Notes under the pieces: generated by a model
Database searches by the model: none
The model's input: the letters and a program-made list of their open reading frames with translations, nothing else
What the model was told of the DNA's origin: nothing
Source of the DNA: Chrysomallon squamiferum
Lineage: Eukaryota; Animalia; Mollusca
Direction of reading: 5' to 3'
Length of the DNA stretch: 64,000 bases
Assembly: GCA_012295275.1 (NCBI GenBank)
Contig: CM022673.1
Span: 5,084,001 to 5,148,000, forward strand
Part shown: positions 1 to 64,000 of the stretch, one piece after another
Layout: the number at the start of each line of letters is the position of its first letter
Numbering within the stretch: position 1 is the stretch's first letter
Position numbers and translations under genes: made by a program

Positions 1-1239
1 AATGATCATTATTATTTTTTGTTTCAAAGCTACAAAAAATATTTTCATAGATGTCAGTTTTATTTACTTTTCAAAGTTGTCAGTATTATTTTAATGTAAA
101 GCCATCAGTATATTTTATGTTCAAAATTTATCTTTTCTGGACAATTTTCTGACAAAATCAGAAACCAGTTGAAAACATATTTTGAAAATTTCAAGGCCAA
201 AACCAAAAATAAAGTAAAGAGAAATTAAAAAGAAATCTTCAAAATCTTTTTCCATTCATATTCTACAGCTTAAAGAAATAATTTAAAAAAAAGAGCAAAA
301 TCCAGCACATTAAATTGGAACAAAGATTTCTGCCAATTTTATACATAATATTGTAGTCCTTTGAAACATTTGTCATGCATTATAATGGAATGAATTGTAA
401 TGACGTGAGCTATTATACAGGCGTATAAAGTTTGTAATACTACCACCATAATCAAGAACTCTGCAAGTAAAAGTATCTCTCAATCTTTGTATTTCTATTG
501 AAAAATATTACTTAAAACAGACATCTTCCACTTTTTTTTTTTTAACTTGTACAAACAAAACAGCAAAAAGCCACTACCAAAACACAGACTGAAAATAACT
601 TTTTTACTCTCTCTTTTTCTTTTCAGTAAAGGAAAATTTGAAAAGAATTCCTAATGCTTTCGAAAATACAAGTCACAAGTATTATCATCTGGTTTTGTTT
701 TTGTTTTTCCCTATGTTCCTGATAGAAATAACAATTTCAAAAACTTTTCTCCAGGTTGTTTCAGTTTCACCAAAACAAATGTACAAAATACTGTAACAGA
801 AATCCAAACATTTTTTTTCATGATAGCAACATTCAGATTGAGCAAGTTATGTGGTGGCAGGAATGGTGGTTGAAGAGTTTAGAATTGAGTGGCCTCCCTT
901 GGCAAATTTAGTTCTTTTTAAAACAGCGTCTTCTTTCTTTCTTTTCTTTTCTTTTTTTTTTCTTTCCTTTACTTGTTATTATTATTATTATTTTAGTTTC
1001 TTGGCTGAAATTCAGAATACAAAATTACTGATATGCATAAGAATGGCAGTTTCATCCTTCTGTTATGAAGAAACTTTTCCGCTTGGCTTTAGAAACCTGT
1101 AATAGCACTGTCTTGTCAATGTTTTGGAAAGTTCCAATCACAAAGAAATATTGCAGTTGTTTGTTTATCAAGAATAGAGAGATTAACTCCAAGATGTTCT
1201 GTGTAAAACATTTTTTTTGCCCCTTGGGCAAAGCTACTT
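1..1239 (-). other. 3' UTR / downstream region of the phosphatase gene; candidate AATAAA at 59-64
   Basis: Follows the stop codon; U-rich on the transcript strand; true 3' end cannot be determined. Confidence 0.55.
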
Positions 1240-59318
<58,079 letters not shown>

Positions 59319-62300
59319 AGTGTGTAACTCTGCAATGGCAAAACACACAGCCCTCAACAACAATAATAACATCAAAAAAAAAAATATATAATAATACAAT
59401 AACAATGGATAATAATTATAATAACAATAACAATAATAATAATAATAATAATAAAATAACAAATAACTACAAGAACTAGAGCAGCAGCAGCAACAAATAA
59501 TAACGACAGATAAATGTAATTTTAAAATTAATATGTATGATATGACAAAACAATAATAATTATCATTGGACAACTATTCATAAATGCTGACCCAAAAACT
59601 ATTTTATTTCAATGTTTATATTTTCTAAGGTTAATAATTTTTTCTCATTGTGTTGTCACTTTCTGTGTACTGGAATATCTGTCAGTGTTCTTTCCTCTTT
59701 CACAGGATGTTTATTAAATACTGCCAAAAGGTAAACTTATATTTACTTATTTATTTTATGTATACTAGTATAGGATATTTAAAAGCTGAAAAACATTAAA
59801 ATAACTTATTGAATTCACAGTTTATAGCTTTTGTAATTAGGTTTTTATGACTGTGCAGTAGATGAATATGGTCACATCCATTTAAATATTTCATAAAAGA
59901 AGTCAAAATTTTCTTAACAATTTATTTATCTTGAATGGCAGGATTTCTTACCAACTGACTGTAATGAATTTAGAAAAAATTATTCAAACTGCTCCTTTGT
60001 ATATTCTTATTTCACCACTTGTGGCATACTCACAATTTTGGAAAACACTGTTATAGGAAAACTGTTTTTGATAAATCTAAAAATCTAAAATATGTCAAGA
60101 TGTCATTAAACTAACTCAATTATACTTTTTTTTTTTTTTGTCTGCATCAGAAGATCATTAGTTTTTCTTTACCTCTCTCTCACCAACACACACATGAACA
60201 TACATATTGTTTTCAATTAAGAATTTCCAGTATTTTGTACTGTTAATGTACAAACCAGGATGAAAATGAAAGTTTTTATTTACCAGTACATTAACTGAAA
60301 ATGACAAGCAATTCATCTTGTAAGGCAGATTAAACATAATAAACATTGTATGGAACATGGAAGATGCCAGGTACCAAAAACACAAACCACATGTCTGTCA
60401 TTTTTATCCCTATCATGAAGTATAATGGGAAAAGATGATAACACACACATGTAAGCTATGCTTCGGTACATTCATTAAGATACACTCATGTTATTTCAGC
60501 CTGTTATTCAAGAATACTGTTTTTTCAACATCAAAATTCTCTCACTAATGGTACAGAATTACAGTTCAGCATGCTGGTTCAGGTAATTTATAATTTATTA
60601 TTTTCTTTAATAAACTGCTATCACAGACTATGTTGTAAGTGTCAGTTCTGGCAATTTATATGAACAACAAAGAACACCAATAATTGCCTTAGAAAGCCAC
60701 AGTCATAATGTCAGTGTATTACTAATTTATATTTTATTATTAAAAACCACAGGAAGATTTAGATCAATAATGTCTCCCTCTTTAATTGTCTTGGATAGTT
60801 AGTGTGTTCTACTGAAAGAAAACTGTTTATTCTTTAGCATTCATTTGATAAAAAAACACATGTACAAACTGAATTATTTATAAAGTGTAATGATAACAAA
60901 GTGAAAACCCATTAAGTATGGTTATACCAGAAATGTACAGAATTAAATATGTATATGATAGCTACAAGTACTGTTACACAACCTAATGTATATAAGATGA
61001 CTATTCCAAAGATGTGCAAAATAAATGATAAAACATGTTATTCTTAGATGTTAAATGTATGTATGGTCAAGATGAAATTTAGGAATACACAAATCAAAAT
61101 AATTATAAACTTAAATGTACATGGTTACATTAACAGTATACTGTCAATGTATACTTTTAGTAACTAATAATATATGCATCCAATATACAATGTACTGCTA
61201 TGTATATATATATATAAGATAAAATTTCAAAACATACAGCATTGTATGTTTTTGTACAATAAAGCCATTGTCATTATACAGTACCTGCCAATGAATCTTC
61301 AACTTCTTGATAAAAATCAAAATCCATGGCTACTTTTGATATAAAGCAGTTTACCGTGAATAATCCATTTCTTTGAAAGACAAAACAGTATGAATCCTGT
61401 CCTGTGTTTTAAACTGATACAATTACTCCGTCAGAATGTGTATCAAGTTGACTGAACAGAAGGTCAACATAAACATTTTAGTGAAATATGACAGTATTAA
61501 ATCCAGCCAGTGATGACAATTATCCAAAACGTAAATGGAAGAAGTAAATATAATAAATCCATATCTAGAAATTAATTTTTTATTCCACAATCCTATTGCT
61601 TCTTAATGTATTTTATAATAAATAAAATTATCTTAAAAGTCAATTTTTTTTTTCAAAATATGTACAAAATCTTCAAATAGGTCAGCGATTCATCAGATAA
61701 AAAGAAAATATCAGTTTTATCCATTAAAAACCACTTTTTAAATACTGTTTCAATATAATCCAATATAATCTCCTGAGAAACAAATAGTAATACACAGATG
61801 TTTACAAAAGTTATCTAACCATCGTTCTGTTTATTTGCACTGGAATGTACAAGTAAGTAAAAATCAAGTATCCAGGTTACATGTTAAAACAACCTGTTTT
61901 ACATACATTCCTCCATTTCACAATTCTAGTGGAAGAAAATGGCCTGGGGCTACAAGCCTGTGTTGACCTCCTACTATGAGTTATATAAACTAGCATAGTT
62001 TTAGACTGCCTCACAAATAACTGACACTCCTCTTCACATGTGAAATTTTTCACATCAGTGAAAAACCACAATAGGCATAATGTTACATGAAATTTTAGGT
62101 GTCTGGTGCAAAGTTACTTCATTTTGTTTTTCTTATCCTTCAAGTTCATTTGTTTATAAGTAAAAATAAAATGAAAAATATCTCTATTTATCACTGTTAA
62201 ATACTGAATCTTGTGAAAGTATTGTTACCTGTTTGAATCTTGGATTATACTGTGTGTGAAATTTTTTAATAAATCTGGTATTCGATACAGCCACCGACAC

Positions 62301-64000
62301 AGAAAAGCCAAGCAATTGTTTAAAACATATTTGTAACAAAAATCTCCACCAAGATACATGTGTCAGTTTACAGATATATGTATACAAGGTAAGTAAGTGT
62401 GCTGGTAAAGAGAAATTATGTAGGCCTATATGTTTGACAAAACAATAATAATTTCAGAATACACACACGCATGAACACATGCACCAATGACTTTTATATT
62501 TAGTTACAAAAATAAAAAATATTAGCAAAATAAATGAACTTGTAAGAATAATGAAGCAAATCCACGATCATATTTATTTAATAAATCTTACCAGCAACTT
62601 CAGTTTCTTCCATTACAAGCATATTTTTGGCAATTTCAGAACAAAACAGCAACACCCTTTAGTTTTCATGTTATTAGTTTCAAGACATTGCCACAGCTTA
62701 ATAAAACATGTCTACACCAATTAACTCCCAGTATAAGGTCAGAATTATCACTGTCTTGTGTACATCTTTCCCTTGTTTCAACAATGTAATAAAACCTTAA
62801 GGAATAACAGCACCCATAAACTCTCCCCTGCTTTTGCTACTGTGGCTCAAATGCCTAAAAGATGGCCAGTACCATGGGATACTGGTGTAGGTTTATCAAT
62901 AGTGTTTGATGGAGTGCACCATCAAAGTAAATTACTGAATCAATACTGGACTCTCCCAAGTTTGCACATCAAGCACATATTGCTGAATATAACTCAAGCC
63001 AACAGTTCTGATAAAACTAACACAGTACCTCTCTCTGTGGCTATAAATATATATATATTATAGTATTACTGATACTGTGAATAAAGAAAAATGTAAGCAG
63101 CATATTTTGTTTCTTAAATAATCCTTTGGAAGTCTTCTAACAGAATTGTTACACAAAGTAACTGAAATTCTTATAGAAACAATAATGAAATATCGTTTCA
63201 ATCAAAGCCACTTGTAGGAACAAAGTGAAGTATTTTTCTAACACTTCAGTGCCATCATCATATCTTGAAGGTGGAGATATAACTGACTGGCCTCCATATG
63301 GTACAGATGGGTTAAGGAATGAAATCTAAGAGCTTCATATACAAAGACTTGTGCAGAATATATACAAAATGCACAGTGTTTTAAATTTGGTATCTGGTTT
63401 GTACAAGTATACGTGAAGCCTGTGTGCGTATACATGGCTTACAGTGTTAAGAATCAGCCCTAAAACAAATAAGAATGTAAAATAAATCTGTCTAAAACAT
63501 TTTATTCTAGGAAAAAAAAAATATCACCCTTTTATTCGATACAAAATTGTGTGTGCGGTAGCTGTAAATATTAAGTACATTTAGAGATCTTATAAAATAC
63601 TCTTCACAATTGAAATTGCATTTAAAGAATATTTATAAATTCTAAGCAACACCACCAATAAATATTTCTTACATAAAGGGGAAAAAAAATATGGAGATGG
63701 AATAAAAAACATAATAAGATACATTTGACATGTATCATAATATATGTATGCAAAGATATAATAATTCAGTGTTAATTTTTTATCCTATGTAGCATATAAG
63801 CAATAACAAGATGACATCAGATCAAACAAATAAACAAAGGTTTTTGTAATATGTCTATAATAAAAAGAATATAATAATAATGATAATATTAAATAAAAAC
63901 AAAAAAAGGAAACAAATTAGTTTAATCATTCTTAAGTTATAATCTATATTCAGCCAAGTTATAAGAAAGTAAGCAAAGTATTATAGACATTTCTAAGAAA

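Overview
This is AT-rich, microsatellite-dense eukaryotic DNA, probably from an invertebrate (mollusc-like is an inference from composition only). It holds essentially one gene on the minus strand: a complete FERM-PDZ-tyrosine phosphatase of the PTPN3/PTPN4 (Drosophila Ptpmeg) family. I reconstructed 24 coding exons by hand, from ATG 59318 to TGA 1240 (2724 nt, 907 aa). All introns are GT-AG and phase-consistent, and the KNRY, WPD, HCSAGIGR and Q-loop motifs are intact. The notable feature is in the two very large introns between the FERM region and the PDZ domain (23326-43548 and 8845-23183). They contain arrays of short ATG-initiated segments ending at splice donors in the phase required by the next constitutive exon (phase 2, then phase 0). 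Several encode membrane-targeting peptides: an MGxxxS myristoylation motif, a transmembrane helix with a Cys cluster, and Cys/amphipathic leaders. One is a ~690-nt exon whose frame is joined only by a -1 shift, most simply at an A7 run. This suggests a variable-first-exon system that replaces the FERM domain with other anchors. It is an inference from sequence alone and needs transcript evidence. Most ORF-track entries are low-complexity artefacts.
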